NCBI GenBank assembly: GCA_965277775.1
Contig: OZ255843.1
Coordinates: forward strand, 455,451 to 519,450
Reading direction: 5' to 3'
Source of the DNA: Gammaproteobacteria bacterium
GTDB lineage: Bacteria; Pseudomonadota; Gammaproteobacteria; CAKMZV01
Length of the DNA stretch: 64,000 bases
Shown here: positions 1 through 9,224 of the stretch, piece by piece
Position numbering within the stretch: position 1 is the first letter of the stretch
How the letters are laid out: the number at the start of each line of letters is the position of its first letter
Notes under the pieces: generated by a model
Told to the model about the DNA's origin: nothing
Database searches by the model: none
The model's input: only the letters and a program-made list of their open reading frames with translations
Program-made: the position numbers and the translations under genes

Positions 1-28
1 TTGCTCATAAAAACTCCGAAAATTTATG

Positions 29-241
29 TTATTCTGCGATAGCACCTGCTACTCCCCAACATATAATCATTAGCACAAAATAGCCAATTGCTCCCAATAT
101 TTGAAAGTGTATGACGCTAGCTATCATAGCAAAGCAACTTGCTAACCCACCAAGACCAAATCCCCAGAGCCAAAACCATCTTTGAGTTATGAGAAATAGG
201 GCAATTAGTCCCACCACTATGCCTAAAATTATTATTTCCAT
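29..241 (-). CDS. hypothetical small membrane protein (integron cassette ORF, partial cassette at window edge)
   Basis: 70-aa ORF, hydrophobic throughout, followed at its 3' side by attC-like site 254-334; co-oriented with the other cassette ORFs. Confidence 0.35.
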   Translation of the reverse strand: MEIIILGIVVGLIALFLITQRWFWLWGFGLGGLASCFAMIASVIHFQILGAIGYFVLMIICWGVAGAIAE

Positions 242-253
242 TGTACTTAAACA

Positions 254-334
254 CCTAACGTTGAATTAAGCGGCTCGCATAGCGAGTCCGACGTAGGCCA
301 AAGGCCTTAGTGAACTTGAATTCCTTGTTATATT
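254..334 (-). repeat. attC recombination site (integron cassette boundary)
   Basis: plus strand CCTAACG...imperfect palindrome...CCTTGTTATATTGC; on minus strand reads R''(ATAACAAG)...R'(CGTTAGG); sits between two co-oriented ORFs. Confidence 0.6.
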
Positions 335-660
335 GCATCTCCATAGTAACATTGAATACTTTTGATTCTTAGTAGGTTTTCGCCACTCTCACTTTTTAAT
401 ACAGCGGCTTTATCATTAATCGTAATTATTTCATCGACTGTATTTACGCCAATTGGAATCCAAGCTGGATCGGAGCTTCTAGTGGCTTCAACATAAAGTA
501 GATTACCTTCGACTCTCCATATTCCATGGACAACAATGCCTAGTTCTTTACATTCAATATCGTTATAACCCACAAATATTAATGTGCCATCTCTCATGTA
601 AATTGAGTATCCTGGTAATGAACCAGTGTCGCGGGGATCAGACGACCAAGTACCTTTCAT
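328..660 (-). CDS. hypothetical protein (cassette ORF)
   Basis: 110-aa ORF bounded by attC sites. Confidence 0.45.
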   Translation of the reverse strand: MKGTWSSDPRDTGSLPGYSIYMRDGTLIFVGYNDIECKELGIVVHGIWRVEGNLLYVEATRSSDPAWIPIGVNTVDEIITINDKAAVLKSESGENLLRIKSIQCYYGDAI

Positions 661-789
661 TTGCTTAGCGAGTATATTTTATTCACTTTGTGAAATTTTC
701 TTAGCAGCGCAAGCTGAAAGCAACACGCATAATGCTATTAATATAGTTTTTTTTCATTTATTGAGTATCCTGTGCATTTTTTTATGCGA

Positions 790-860
790 TATAACGCCCA
801 CATTTGCGGCTAGTTTGGAGCGCAGCGGAAAACCAGTCCGACAACATGCGCTTGTTATGT
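790..860 (-). repeat. attC site
   Basis: ATAACGCCCACATTTGCGGCTAG...GCGCTTGTTATG; shares core with attC at 6924 and 7743. Confidence 0.65.
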
Positions 861-1658
861 TTTTACTGCACTATTCAAGGCTGTTATTGACTTTTTGGCT
901 TCTGCTAACTTTTTAGCTCTATTCAATTGCTCAAGTTTTTCATCCAGAATTATTTCAATGCCTACTTTCATCGCAGGGAATGCTGCTAAGCATTCTTTCT
1001 CATTTAGCTCGTGTATCCCTTTGCTTAATATTGAATAGATAGCACTATTTTCTACCAAAAACTCTGGTAGCTCAGATTGCAAGAGCTTAATCTTTTCATT
1101 CATTCTCGATTTTAAATACAAATCTTCATCCCAGCCATCTTGTACTTTGGCAATTGTATGAGACTCCTCTATTAGAAATTCGAAAATACGACGAAGATAA
1201 ACAAACGAACCTACGCCTATACCATGAGAAACAAGACCAATTGCTTTTGTAAATTCTTGGAAGTACTTTTCATCAAGAACCTTAGAGTACTTTTTTACAT
1301 CGAAATGATTGAGATCTGCAATAGATGGCATTTGCCCTATTTTTTGAATGGTTTTCCCACTAGCATGAAAGATAAAATGTAGCTTGTGGTCATTGTTTCT
1401 TGTGCATTTAAAATCTATTGAAAAAAATCCAGATTCGACCCACGAGTCTGCTTCATAATAAAATTCATTTGAGTTCTGCCAATAACGCTCAAAAATACTG
1501 TGCGTATTACAGTGGGGGCAATAAGAGTCAAGGGTATCACCAAAGTATCTTAACTTTCTTCCAAACTCCAAATCTTCATCAGCATAAGTTATCACCTCAT
1601 AGAGAGGTAATTCGATAAGAAATTGTTCTGGTGTTGGATAATTTTTACTTGTACTCAA
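855..1658 (-). CDS. hypothetical protein (cassette ORF, 267 aa)
   Basis: long ORF flanked by attC sites; no family recognised. Confidence 0.55.
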   Translation of the reverse strand: MSTSKNYPTPEQFLIELPLYEVITYADEDLEFGRKLRYFGDTLDSYCPHCNTHSIFERYWQNSNEFYYEADSWVESGFFSIDFKCTRNNDHKLHFIFHASGKTIQKIGQMPSIADLNHFDVKKYSKVLDEKYFQEFTKAIGLVSHGIGVGSFVYLRRIFEFLIEESHTIAKVQDGWDEDLYLKSRMNEKIKLLQSELPEFLVENSAIYSILSKGIHELNEKECLAAFPAMKVGIEIILDEKLEQLNRAKKLAEAKKSITALNSAVKT

Positions 1659-1674
1659 TTCTCTCTCCTAGAAA

Positions 1675-1755
1675 CATAACGCCTTGCGCAACGGCGAGCG
1701 CCGTAAGCGTTTGTCCAGCACGCGTAGCGTACGTATTGCCGCAACTTGTTATGTA
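1675..1755 (-). repeat. attC site
   Basis: ACATAACGCCTTGCGCAACGGCGAGCGCC...GCAACTTGTTATG; imperfect internal palindrome. Confidence 0.65.
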
Positions 1756-1766
1756 TTTTAATACAC

Positions 1767-2300
1767 TTATATAATATCGAACATTACATTATGGCTTTGC
1801 CATAAATTCTCAATTACATCTTTTTCTCGTAGCCCATCGGTGGATTTTTGAATATTCTGATTCGGTGTAATATCAACAAAGAGATATAAGATGAAGTCGA
1901 ATTCAGTACTATATAATAGACATTGCCCTAACCCACTTCTTAGCGCAGAGCCACCATCTCCTTTTTTGATTTCAATCCCTATTCTAAAGTCACCTAAGTC
2001 TAAGATTGCATCCGGTCTGTGGTTAGTACTAAATACCGTAAAATTATTTACAGTCGTTGTTAATTTCTGTTCCCATTGAAAATCAGTAACTAATTCTTTG
2101 CTTTTTTTATCATTTATCCCATATTTGATAAGGTATTCATCTAATTTTTCCTCTAGATATAAAAACAAATTCTTTTGTATTACATTTTCAGTATCACTAT
2201 TCCTAGAAACTTTTTTTGAAAACATACTATGATTTTTCATGCGCGACATAATAGATTCAAGTAATTCTACTCTCCTAACTGTTTTTTTCGCTAAACTCAT
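1767..2300 (-). CDS. hypothetical protein (cassette ORF, 177 aa)
   Basis: ORF between attC sites. Confidence 0.5.
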   Translation of the reverse strand: MSLAKKTVRRVELLESIMSRMKNHSMFSKKVSRNSDTENVIQKNLFLYLEEKLDEYLIKYGINDKKSKELVTDFQWEQKLTTTVNNFTVFSTNHRPDAILDLGDFRIGIEIKKGDGGSALRSGLGQCLLYSTEFDFILYLFVDITPNQNIQKSTDGLREKDVIENLWQSHNVMFDII

Positions 2301-2329
2301 ATTTTAATTCCTCATTAGTTCATTACTAA

Positions 2330-2370
2330 ACATAACGCCTAGCTCTGCGGTTTGTTAAGCTCTTGTTGTA
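2330..2370 (-). repeat. possible short/degenerate attC site
   Basis: CATAACGCCTAGCTCTGCGGTTTGTTAAGC; same end-boxes but only ~40 bp. Confidence 0.35.
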
Positions 2371-2956
2371 AAAAAGGAAAATCCAATTTATAACAATCAG
2401 ATACTCTCTTGTAAATATTATCATCACCTTCATCATGAGCAGCAAGAGTAAGGTAATAGTTCTTCCCTTCAAATTCTTGGAATACAATCCACTCACCAGT
2501 TATTTTATGATTGGCAGCTCGCTCCTTTAACATTCCAAAAGTTAACCCATTAACTATAAAACCAATAAATTCATCATCTACATACCCGGATGTATTCTGA
2601 TTTGATGCTCTCTCAATTAACTGATTTAGCTTTTTATTCCCGCCCCTCTCTAGCCCAAAGTGTGATCCCATATTTTTGACAATGAAACTTGCATCAGTAA
2701 AATGAGTTTTCTTCAGTCCCTTTAAAGGAAGTCTCTTAAATTCTTCTGCTTTCTTGGTTCTTGGCTGCCTTCCTAGACCTTCCAAGCATTTAATTTCATC
2801 CATAATTTGATCAGTATTTATTACCCGATTCCCTTGCATCTGCATAATTTGAACAATAAAAATACTACTAATTCTTGATATGTCTAAACCAAAGAAACCA
2901 ATATCTTTTTTGGTAAAATTCTCTAAATCAATTCTACTTAATGCGACTGATTGCAC
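2339..2956 (-). CDS. hypothetical protein (cassette ORF, 205 aa)
   Basis: ORF between attC-like sites. Confidence 0.5.
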   Translation of the reverse strand: MQSVALSRIDLENFTKKDIGFFGLDISRISSIFIVQIMQMQGNRVINTDQIMDEIKCLEGLGRQPRTKKAEEFKRLPLKGLKKTHFTDASFIVKNMGSHFGLERGGNKKLNQLIERASNQNTSGYVDDEFIGFIVNGLTFGMLKERAANHKITGEWIVFQEFEGKNYYLTLAAHDEGDDNIYKRVSDCYKLDFPFLQQELNKPQS

Positions 2957-2971
2957 GATCTATCCCTGAGC

Positions 2972-3027
2972 GTAACGCTAGAATCCAGCCGACGCGTTAG
3001 CGGTCGGCTGAAATGATATGTTAGGTG
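2972..3027 (-). repeat. attC site
   Basis: CGTAACGCTAGAATCCAGCCGACGCGTTAGCGGTCGGCTG...ATGTTAGG; palindromic GCCGAC/GTCGGC arms. Confidence 0.6.
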
Positions 3028-3168
3028 TAATTACACCTTTATTAATCACCTTTCTTGTGTTCGTGAGGTTTAAGTTTCCGTGTATTTCCCGGAGTATTTT
3101 TATTATCTCGTTGCCGCCTATCTGGCTTCCCAGTTGATTCAGCAATTCGTTTTGGACCTGGTTTAATT

Positions 3169-3195
3169 CCCATAGTTTCCATAGTTTCCATAGTT
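3169..3195. repeat. 3x tandem 9-bp repeat CCATAGTTT
   Basis: seen directly: cccatagtttccatagtttccatagtttt; lies in a small minus-strand ORF (MET-MET-MG...). Confidence 0.7.
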
Positions 3196-3252
3196 TTCTC
3201 CTATTAAAATTTAATTACTTATATATGGTTGAAATTGTATTTCTCAAGCGCA

Positions 3253-3501
3253 TTATCTATCCATTTCAAAAGTACGATATTCATCAGTATTGTAATCGTA
3301 ACTTTCTACTCCAACAGATGAACCATAACTATTTACCGACTCTACATCTCCATATTTATATTCACCTGTTCCATAATCATAATATTCAATTTCATTTCCC
3401 TGTCGAACAAGATTACCTTTATCAATTTCAACATAATTTCCTTTAGTGTAGTCGTATCCATCCCAAGCAGATACAGAATATGAAGCAATTAACAAAATCA
3501 C
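3253..3501 (-). CDS. small secreted Tyr/Asp/Gly-rich protein (cassette ORF)
   Basis: 82-aa ORF with N-terminal signal-like segment; low-complexity YDYxxG repeats. Confidence 0.35.
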   Translation of the reverse strand: MILLIASYSVSAWDGYDYTKGNYVEIDKGNLVRQGNEIEYYDYGTGEYKYGDVESVNSYGSSVGVESYDYNTDEYRTFEMDR

Positions 3502-3574
3502 CGATAATATTATTTTGATTCTTTCTCCTATAATTTTTCAAGTTTTAGAAAAAATAGTGAGATGTGAAGGAGAC

Positions 3575-3634
3575 TCCTAACGCTTAAACTCAACGGCGGC
3601 GGAACGCCTTCCGCTGGAGTGCCTTGTTAGGCGT
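3575..3634 (-). repeat. attC site
   Basis: CCTAACGCTTAAACTCAACGGCGGCGGAACGCCTTCCGCTGGAGTGCCTTGTTAGGC. Confidence 0.65.
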
Positions 3635-4391
3635 AGTGTTCTCGGCGATGGCAATTGGGACATAAGGCAATAGCATTTTCCACCGTGTCTTCACCGCCAT
3701 CGGCAAGTCGTTTTTTATGATGCACTTCAAGATAAGGACTTCCGTCAGAACGCCGAGTAAACGGTGCTGGGCACTTACAGAGCTCACAAACACCTTGGGC
3801 TCGTTCGAGGACTTCAACAACTACATTTGCGTTTCGCAAGAATACCGTTGTGTAAACTTTAACCATTCTTGGAATTCGTGGAGCTCTTGTAAGCTGCACC
3901 TTCCGCTCTTCGGAACTTCGCTTTTTTGCCTGTTGAATGGACTTCTCAAAATCCTTATCATGGGAAACGAGGTTAGGCTGAGGAGAGCGTGAATTTTTGA
4001 TATGTTGTTCAAATATTGAATATGATTCAAGACTAAATTTTGTTTTTGCATTACTAAAACTATCATTCTTGAATTTCTCTGGGCATAGTTCTACAAACAC
4101 TTCTGGGCCAATAGGGTCAAAGACTTTGATTGAATCAACATCAAATCGTAAAAAATCTTCGCCCTGTTCTTCAAAAATAGCACTCGCAATGATCTCGTTG
4201 TTGTACTGGAATAAAATGACCGTACCGGGTTTTGCATTGAGCCCTTTTTTACCAATGACGTATTTGCCACCTCTTGATGGTAAGTACTCCATAAAAAACT
4301 GCAATTGAACAATATTGTATGATTTTCCTTGAAACTCAGAATTATCAGTGCTCATCGGTAAAATTTGAAATTCTATATTTCTATCTGTCAT
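3627..4391 (-). CDS. HNH endonuclease domain protein (cassette ORF, 254 aa)
   Basis: C-terminal CxxC...HH...N...CxxCH pattern (CELCKC...LEVHHKKRLADGG...ALCPNCHRREH), typical of HNH nucleases. Confidence 0.6.
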   Translation of the reverse strand: MTDRNIEFQILPMSTDNSEFQGKSYNIVQLQFFMEYLPSRGGKYVIGKKGLNAKPGTVILFQYNNEIIASAIFEEQGEDFLRFDVDSIKVFDPIGPEVFVELCPEKFKNDSFSNAKTKFSLESYSIFEQHIKNSRSPQPNLVSHDKDFEKSIQQAKKRSSEERKVQLTRAPRIPRMVKVYTTVFLRNANVVVEVLERAQGVCELCKCPAPFTRRSDGSPYLEVHHKKRLADGGEDTVENAIALCPNCHRREHYA

Positions 4392-4410
4392 GTAAAACTC
4401 GTTATCTATG

Positions 4411-4482
4411 CCTAACGCCTAGCTCACCAGAAAAATGCGAGCACAGCGAGTATTTTGTCCGGTGGAGCTACTTGTTAGGAGT
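4411..4482 (-). repeat. attC site
   Basis: CCTAACGCCTAGCTCACCAG...GGTGGAGCTACTTGTTAGGAG. Confidence 0.6.
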
Positions 4483-4584
4483 AATTATTGCTCAAGTATT
4501 TGAACAGCCATTCTCTTTCTATTTCCGTTACTGATTTTGCCAATTCGAGTCTGTCTGTTCCCTGCGTCGCTTTGCCTGTGATTG

Positions 4585-5232
4585 TTATGTTTTTGGTGAT
4601 TTCTTAGCCACGACAAAATAGCTAGATGCGTCTTTATAGATCTCTTCGGACTCAATTGATTGAAATCCGCCAATTTCTAATAAATCTTCTACTTCAGAGC
4701 TTGTAATTCTTCTTATTGGTATGGGAATTAATCCAAGTTTACATAAGACCCGTACCAGCTGGATTTGAAGATTAACTAAAAATGACATCCTTTGACGCAA
4801 GCAAGGTGTAACGGAAATGAATAAACCATCTGGCTTTAGTAATTCATTTATTCGTAGCATGACATCCTGTGGACTAGGGACTGTATGCAACATATTAAAA
4901 GCCAGGATGACATCATAGGATTCATTAGAATATTTGCTGTCAAAAATATCTGATTGCTCAAATCTTACATTTTCAACTTTCGTAGCCTCCGCTTTCTCCC
5001 TCGCAATTTCAATCATCTTCGATGATATATCAATAGCGTGAACTTCTTTAACTTGACTGGAAAACTGACACGCGGCAGTTCCTGTTCCGCACCCATAATC
5101 GAGAATGGTATCGCTACACTTTAGGAATCTTTTGGTGTTTTCCCTAGACCTACTGTGAATGTACTCAAAACGTTCTTCGGTCTTGTCGTAGTTTTTGGAC
5201 GCTCCGTCCCAAAAATCTTCCGATTTATTCAT
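4585..5232 (-). CDS. class I SAM-dependent methyltransferase (cassette ORF)
   Basis: motif I ILDYGCGTG and post-I acidic residue; 215 aa. Confidence 0.7.
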   Translation of the reverse strand: MNKSEDFWDGASKNYDKTEERFEYIHSRSRENTKRFLKCSDTILDYGCGTGTAACQFSSQVKEVHAIDISSKMIEIAREKAEATKVENVRFEQSDIFDSKYSNESYDVILAFNMLHTVPSPQDVMLRINELLKPDGLFISVTPCLRQRMSFLVNLQIQLVRVLCKLGLIPIPIRRITSSEVEDLLEIGGFQSIESEEIYKDASSYFVVAKKSPKT

Positions 5233-5255
5233 ATTCTACTCCTTAATGGGGGAAA

Positions 5256-5336
5256 CATAACGCCTCAAAAATGGGCCAGAGCACGCAGTGCGGAGATCCA
5301 GCCTCGAAGGGGCGACATTGATTGACTTGTTATAAG
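5256..5336 (-). repeat. attC site
   Basis: CATAACGCCTCAAAAATGGGCCAGAGCACGCAGTGCGG...GACTTGTTATAAG. Confidence 0.6.
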
Positions 5337-5339
5337 CCA

Positions 5340-5900
5340 CTATGGGGCCTGCACCCAGCCAATATTTTTATCTTTTACTGGGTCAATAATTGGAAATATG
5401 TCGTCCTGAGTAAAAGGCTCAGCATCTTGGCCTATACCAAACAGTAGATAATTTTCTCCATCACTCAGGACTTTGTAGTAGAAATCACGTTGCTGCCCAC
5501 CAATATTCAATGGGCCAGACATATCAAAGGAGAATACCATTTCACCTTCCTTCAAGTTCTCTCGAAGGGCGGCCATTGATTCAGGGTAAGCTCCGTGCTG
5601 AAGTTTGTAGTATTCAATTTGCCTTACTATGGAAGTCATAGCACTTACAGCGTGAACTTCAAAACCCTTTGAAAATTCATTATCGTTGAAAGCCTTGTAG
5701 AACAGTGAGCCATAAAGAACAACGCTGAATATTATTCCAGCGAAGCCCAAGCCACCAAGAAGCTTCGAGTTTGATTTTTTACCAACGACAGCGACGACAA
5801 TACAGATGATACCGAAAAAGATTCCGATGAGTGGGATGAAAGACAAGCCAGATAATACAAAAGCTCCAACGCCATGTTTTTTCTTTTCTTCAGTATTCAC
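5340..5900 (-). CDS. hypothetical membrane-anchored protein (cassette ORF, 186 aa)
   Basis: two N-terminal TM segments, soluble C-terminal domain. Confidence 0.5.
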   Translation of the reverse strand: MNTEEKKKHGVGAFVLSGLSFIPLIGIFFGIICIVVAVVGKKSNSKLLGGLGFAGIIFSVVLYGSLFYKAFNDNEFSKGFEVHAVSAMTSIVRQIEYYKLQHGAYPESMAALRENLKEGEMVFSFDMSGPLNIGGQQRDFYYKVLSDGENYLLFGIGQDAEPFTQDDIFPIIDPVKDKNIGWVQAP

Positions 5901-5916
5901 TACTCCTCCTAATGCA

Positions 5917-5975
5917 TATAACGATCAAACTCAGCGGCAGCGATTAGCCGTCCGTTGGAGTGCTTTGTTAGCCAA
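5917..5975 (-). repeat. attC site
   Basis: TATAACGATCAAACTCAGCGGCAGCGATTAGCCGTCCGTTGGAGTGCTTTGTTAGCC. Confidence 0.6.
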
Positions 5976-5994
5976 GATTTTTTTTATGAGTCCA

Positions 5995-6897
5995 TTAAAC
6001 TTCCCAGTGTTTCTTCCAGTCTCCTTTAACTCTTAAATCTGTTTGGCTAGCTTCTTCAACTAGTTTACAAACTAACAATTCCGCTGCACTACCACCATAA
6101 TTGTTCTTGGCTTTCTCAAATTTTTCACGGGCTAATAATGTCATATCCATTTGTACGCCGTTTTCTTTTCCTAATTCACTTAGTAAACGCAAGTCTTTGC
6201 AACATAAATCTAAAGAAAAAGAAGGATCATAGTGTCCATCAAAAATGGATGGCACATCGTGACGAACAACAAATGTGTCGCCCACACTATTTTTTAGAGC
6301 CTCCCAAAGTACGAGTAAATCAACACCAGCTTTCTTACCTAATATCAATGCTTCTCCAATAGCTGACGCATTAATAAACCATATTTGATTAGTTACCAAT
6401 TTCGTTATATTGCCTGTACCTAAAGAGCCACACTCAATTATTTTGCCCATTATTTCAAGATAAGGTCTAACATTATTGATAACCGTTTTTTCACCGCCAA
6501 CAAAAAAAGTGAGTCTTCTTAATCGAGCACCATCAACAGCACCTGTGACGGGAGCCTCTACAACTGAAACGCCTTTTGTAAGTGCTAGTTTTTCTAATTG
6601 TAATAATAACTCTCGGTCATTGGTTGTTAGATCAACCCAGGTACTACCGCTTTGCATAACATCAAGCAATGAAGGAAGGGCTTTTTCAACATGATGGGGT
6701 TCTGGGAAAGAGGTAAATAACACATCTACATTCTTGGCTACATCTATTCCATTTTTTCCAATTTTGGCTCCATACTGAGTGACTGGGGAAATTTTATTTT
6801 CGTCTAAATCATACACAGTGATATCGCACCCAGCTTTTGCTAAGTTAATAGCCATTGGCGCACCCATATTTCCCAATCCAATATATCCAATTTTCAT
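5995..6897 (-). CDS. NAD(P)-dependent oxidoreductase, 3-hydroxyisobutyrate/6-phosphogluconate dehydrogenase-like family (cassette ORF)
   Basis: N-terminal MKIGYIGLGNMG Rossmann motif, 300 aa. Confidence 0.75.
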   Translation of the reverse strand: MKIGYIGLGNMGAPMAINLAKAGCDITVYDLDENKISPVTQYGAKIGKNGIDVAKNVDVLFTSFPEPHHVEKALPSLLDVMQSGSTWVDLTTNDRELLLQLEKLALTKGVSVVEAPVTGAVDGARLRRLTFFVGGEKTVINNVRPYLEIMGKIIECGSLGTGNITKLVTNQIWFINASAIGEALILGKKAGVDLLVLWEALKNSVGDTFVVRHDVPSIFDGHYDPSFSLDLCCKDLRLLSELGKENGVQMDMTLLAREKFEKAKNNYGGSAAELLVCKLVEEASQTDLRVKGDWKKHWEV

Positions 6898-6923
6898 TTT
6901 TTATCCTCGTTAATATTTTTGGG

Positions 6924-6994
6924 CTAACGCCCGCATTTGCGGCTGAGGAAAGCGCAGCTTTCCGAAGTCCGACTGCATGCGTTTTTGTTATGCG
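6924..6994 (-). repeat. attC site
   Basis: CTAACGCCCGCATTTGCGGCTGAGGAAAGCGCAGC...GTTTTTGTTATGC. Confidence 0.65.
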
Positions 6995-7746
6995 TCATTG
7001 TAAATTACTGGCATTTTGCCTCTCCACACATTCCACAAATCGGAGTCTGTGGCTAAATTAGCCATGAAATTCGAGACGTTAATGCGACTTGTTGGAGCTG
7101 AATCGAAAATTGCATTTCTCGTTGGGGAAGTGTGAGTCTTATATTTAGACACTTCCTTTTCATTTGTAAGACTATCGGGTCTTACAGCAACCCATTCAAT
7201 AAACTGGTGATCTTGACCAATGCAAGTCCGGAGAAAATCAGCCGCTTGCTCGTTATCTACATGCGGCGGAAGCAACAATCGCAATACTGATATTACAAGT
7301 TTCTGTGATAGCGGAGGTTTTTCTGGAATATCACGATTACTGTTACCTGTTGTGTTCATCAGGATAATTTTAATCTTCTTGTCTGGCTCTAGAGATTCAA
7401 TAGCTCTAGACACTTTTTTAATTGTATCGGCGACCAATCGCCTGGGTTCTCCAAACATTCCCTTGAAAGTCAAATTGTGGCCTAAGCAGGAAAGCACAAC
7501 ATCACAACCTTTTAGAGCAAGCATCAAATCCTGTTCTGACATTTCCGTAATGCTGGCTGGTATTTCACGATAGTTCGATTGGTTTGCAAATATGTTTACT
7601 AAAGAGCTAGCGGCTCGAACGACAGCTACAACCTCTGTATTTCGTTGGAGTAAATCCGCAACAAGCAGCTTACCTGTGGCACCACTTGCTCCCAATACTA
7701 GTACTTTCTTCATATTACGTCCTTGGTTGATGCATAACGCCCGCAT
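6988..7746 (-). CDS. NAD(P)H-binding protein, NmrA/atypical SDR-like (cassette ORF)
   Basis: KKVLVLGASGATGKLLV glycine-rich Rossmann motif; 252 aa. Confidence 0.65.
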   Translation of the reverse strand: MRALCINQGRNMKKVLVLGASGATGKLLVADLLQRNTEVVAVVRAASSLVNIFANQSNYREIPASITEMSEQDLMLALKGCDVVLSCLGHNLTFKGMFGEPRRLVADTIKKVSRAIESLEPDKKIKIILMNTTGNSNRDIPEKPPLSQKLVISVLRLLLPPHVDNEQAADFLRTCIGQDHQFIEWVAVRPDSLTNEKEVSKYKTHTSPTRNAIFDSAPTSRINVSNFMANLATDSDLWNVWRGKMPVIYNDA

Positions 7747-7802
7747 TTGCGGCTGGTTTGGAACGCAGGGGAATATTTGTCCGACAGCAGCGCTTTGTTA
7801 TA
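7743..7802 (-). repeat. attC site
   Basis: CATAACGCCCGCATTTGCGGCTGGTTTGGAACGCAGGG...GCTTTGTTATAGC. Confidence 0.65.
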
Positions 7803-7811
7803 GCTTTTTTC

Positions 7812-9161
7812 TCAGACATTTAGCTCAACAACTGTGTTTTCTATGTCATTGTACTCTTCACAGATTACACAAACCTCAATAGCAATCTTGCCCTCTATCA
7901 GAGGAACTACCATATATTCGTCATCGAACGTCATGCGTCTCGTATGGAGCAGGTTATTGATCTTTATAGTAATTTTACTTCCTTCCAATCTAGTCCACCA
8001 TGGTTGATTTATAGAGCGGATTTTCGGTAAATTATACTCGGGGTGAACTCCTCTTGAAAGCCCCATCAATTCATTTCCTAGGCCTAACAGAGATTGCAAA
8101 TCTGATATCGTAGTAGCATTCTCGTTAAATTTTTCTGCGTATTTAGTTTGAGCACGTTTTATTGGATTAATTGGGATCGGGTTTTTCGGCTCACTATGAT
8201 TTTCACCTATTTTGTAGATAAGAACCCCTTCTGGAAACTCGATATCTACATAGACATTGTTTGCTTTAGCAGAACCGTTATTGGCAATCTCTATGACTAA
8301 CGTAGAGGAATAATTTATAATCTTATAAAACCTTTCACACTCCTTGTTGAAATCATCTAAATCCTGCTGGCTAGGGATCGAGTTGTTGTATTTTTCAACG
8401 TCTTGTTCTGAAACAAACTCTAGCAGGTGCTCCTCAATACCCTCGAATCTCAATGACTCTGGCATTTCAGTCATCTTATAGGAATTGAAGTCCTCATCAA
8501 TAGCCGGAGGTGCTATATCAACGTCAATAACTGGAAGCTTTGATGATATCTTTGACTCAAGATCTGTCACTCTTTCTCTTAGCTCTCTATTCTCCTTGCT
8601 GAGAGCCGTCAATTCCTTAGAAAGAGCTTCCTCAGCACGAGCCTTATCTCCTCTAACCCATCCTATGCCAGGCTTTTGCATAATCTGTTTCATTAATGAA
8701 ATAGAAACACTTATTATAAGCTGATCTTTCGTTTCCCAAAACTGCGCCATTTTAAAGTTTGTTAAAACTAACTCTCGAAATTTTTTTATTTCTGAGAGAT
8801 CATCATCCCACTTGTCCTTTGACAAGGACACGGTGTCTTTCATCACAAATGCAAGGATCGGTATATTTTTCTCTAGCGCATACTCATATTCCTTTTGAGT
8901 AAAACTAATCCCTTCAGATGTTTTTGAACCATACCTCATACCTAAAACAAGAACGTAGTAATCGCTCACCTCTATGGTTCTTCTAATTATTTCCCACTGA
9001 TCCTCATCTTCAGCACTGAACATCTCCATGCCGATGGGTATATGGTACATCTCCAAGATAGCCTTGATGATACTTTCCCGTTCATCTACTAAATCAGAGT
9101 AAGTTGAGCTTAAGAAAACTTGATACTTTGTTGATTTCAAGACTACTCCTGGATATTTCAA
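7812..9161 (-). CDS. DUF4062-like (TIR/nucleoside-deoxyribosyltransferase-like fold) N-terminal domain protein with coiled coil and unknown C-terminal domain (cassette ORF, 449 aa)
   Basis: N-terminus VFLSSTYSDLVDERESIIKAIL...IPIGMEMF...YVLVLGMRYG...IPILAF recalls DUF4062; central heptad-rich stretch; domain call from memory. Confidence 0.5.
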   Translation of the reverse strand: MKYPGVVLKSTKYQVFLSSTYSDLVDERESIIKAILEMYHIPIGMEMFSAEDEDQWEIIRRTIEVSDYYVLVLGMRYGSKTSEGISFTQKEYEYALEKNIPILAFVMKDTVSLSKDKWDDDLSEIKKFRELVLTNFKMAQFWETKDQLIISVSISLMKQIMQKPGIGWVRGDKARAEEALSKELTALSKENRELRERVTDLESKISSKLPVIDVDIAPPAIDEDFNSYKMTEMPESLRFEGIEEHLLEFVSEQDVEKYNNSIPSQQDLDDFNKECERFYKIINYSSTLVIEIANNGSAKANNVYVDIEFPEGVLIYKIGENHSEPKNPIPINPIKRAQTKYAEKFNENATTISDLQSLLGLGNELMGLSRGVHPEYNLPKIRSINQPWWTRLEGSKITIKINNLLHTRRMTFDDEYMVVPLIEGKIAIEVCVICEEYNDIENTVVELNV

Positions 9162-9168
9162 CGATAGA

Positions 9169-9224
9169 TATAACGCCGCCTTCAGCCGTGCGCCTTTGCA
9201 TCGGCTGGAAGGCTTTGTTATAAC
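9169..9224 (-). repeat. attC site
   Basis: TATAACGCCGCCTTCAGCCGTGCGCCTTTGCATCGGCTGGAAGGCTTTGTTATAACC. Confidence 0.6.

Noticed and set aside
626-916. Plus-strand ORF of 96 aa
   Set aside because: It spans an attC site and the ends of two cassette ORFs, with a low-complexity hydrophobic translation. It is most likely spurious.
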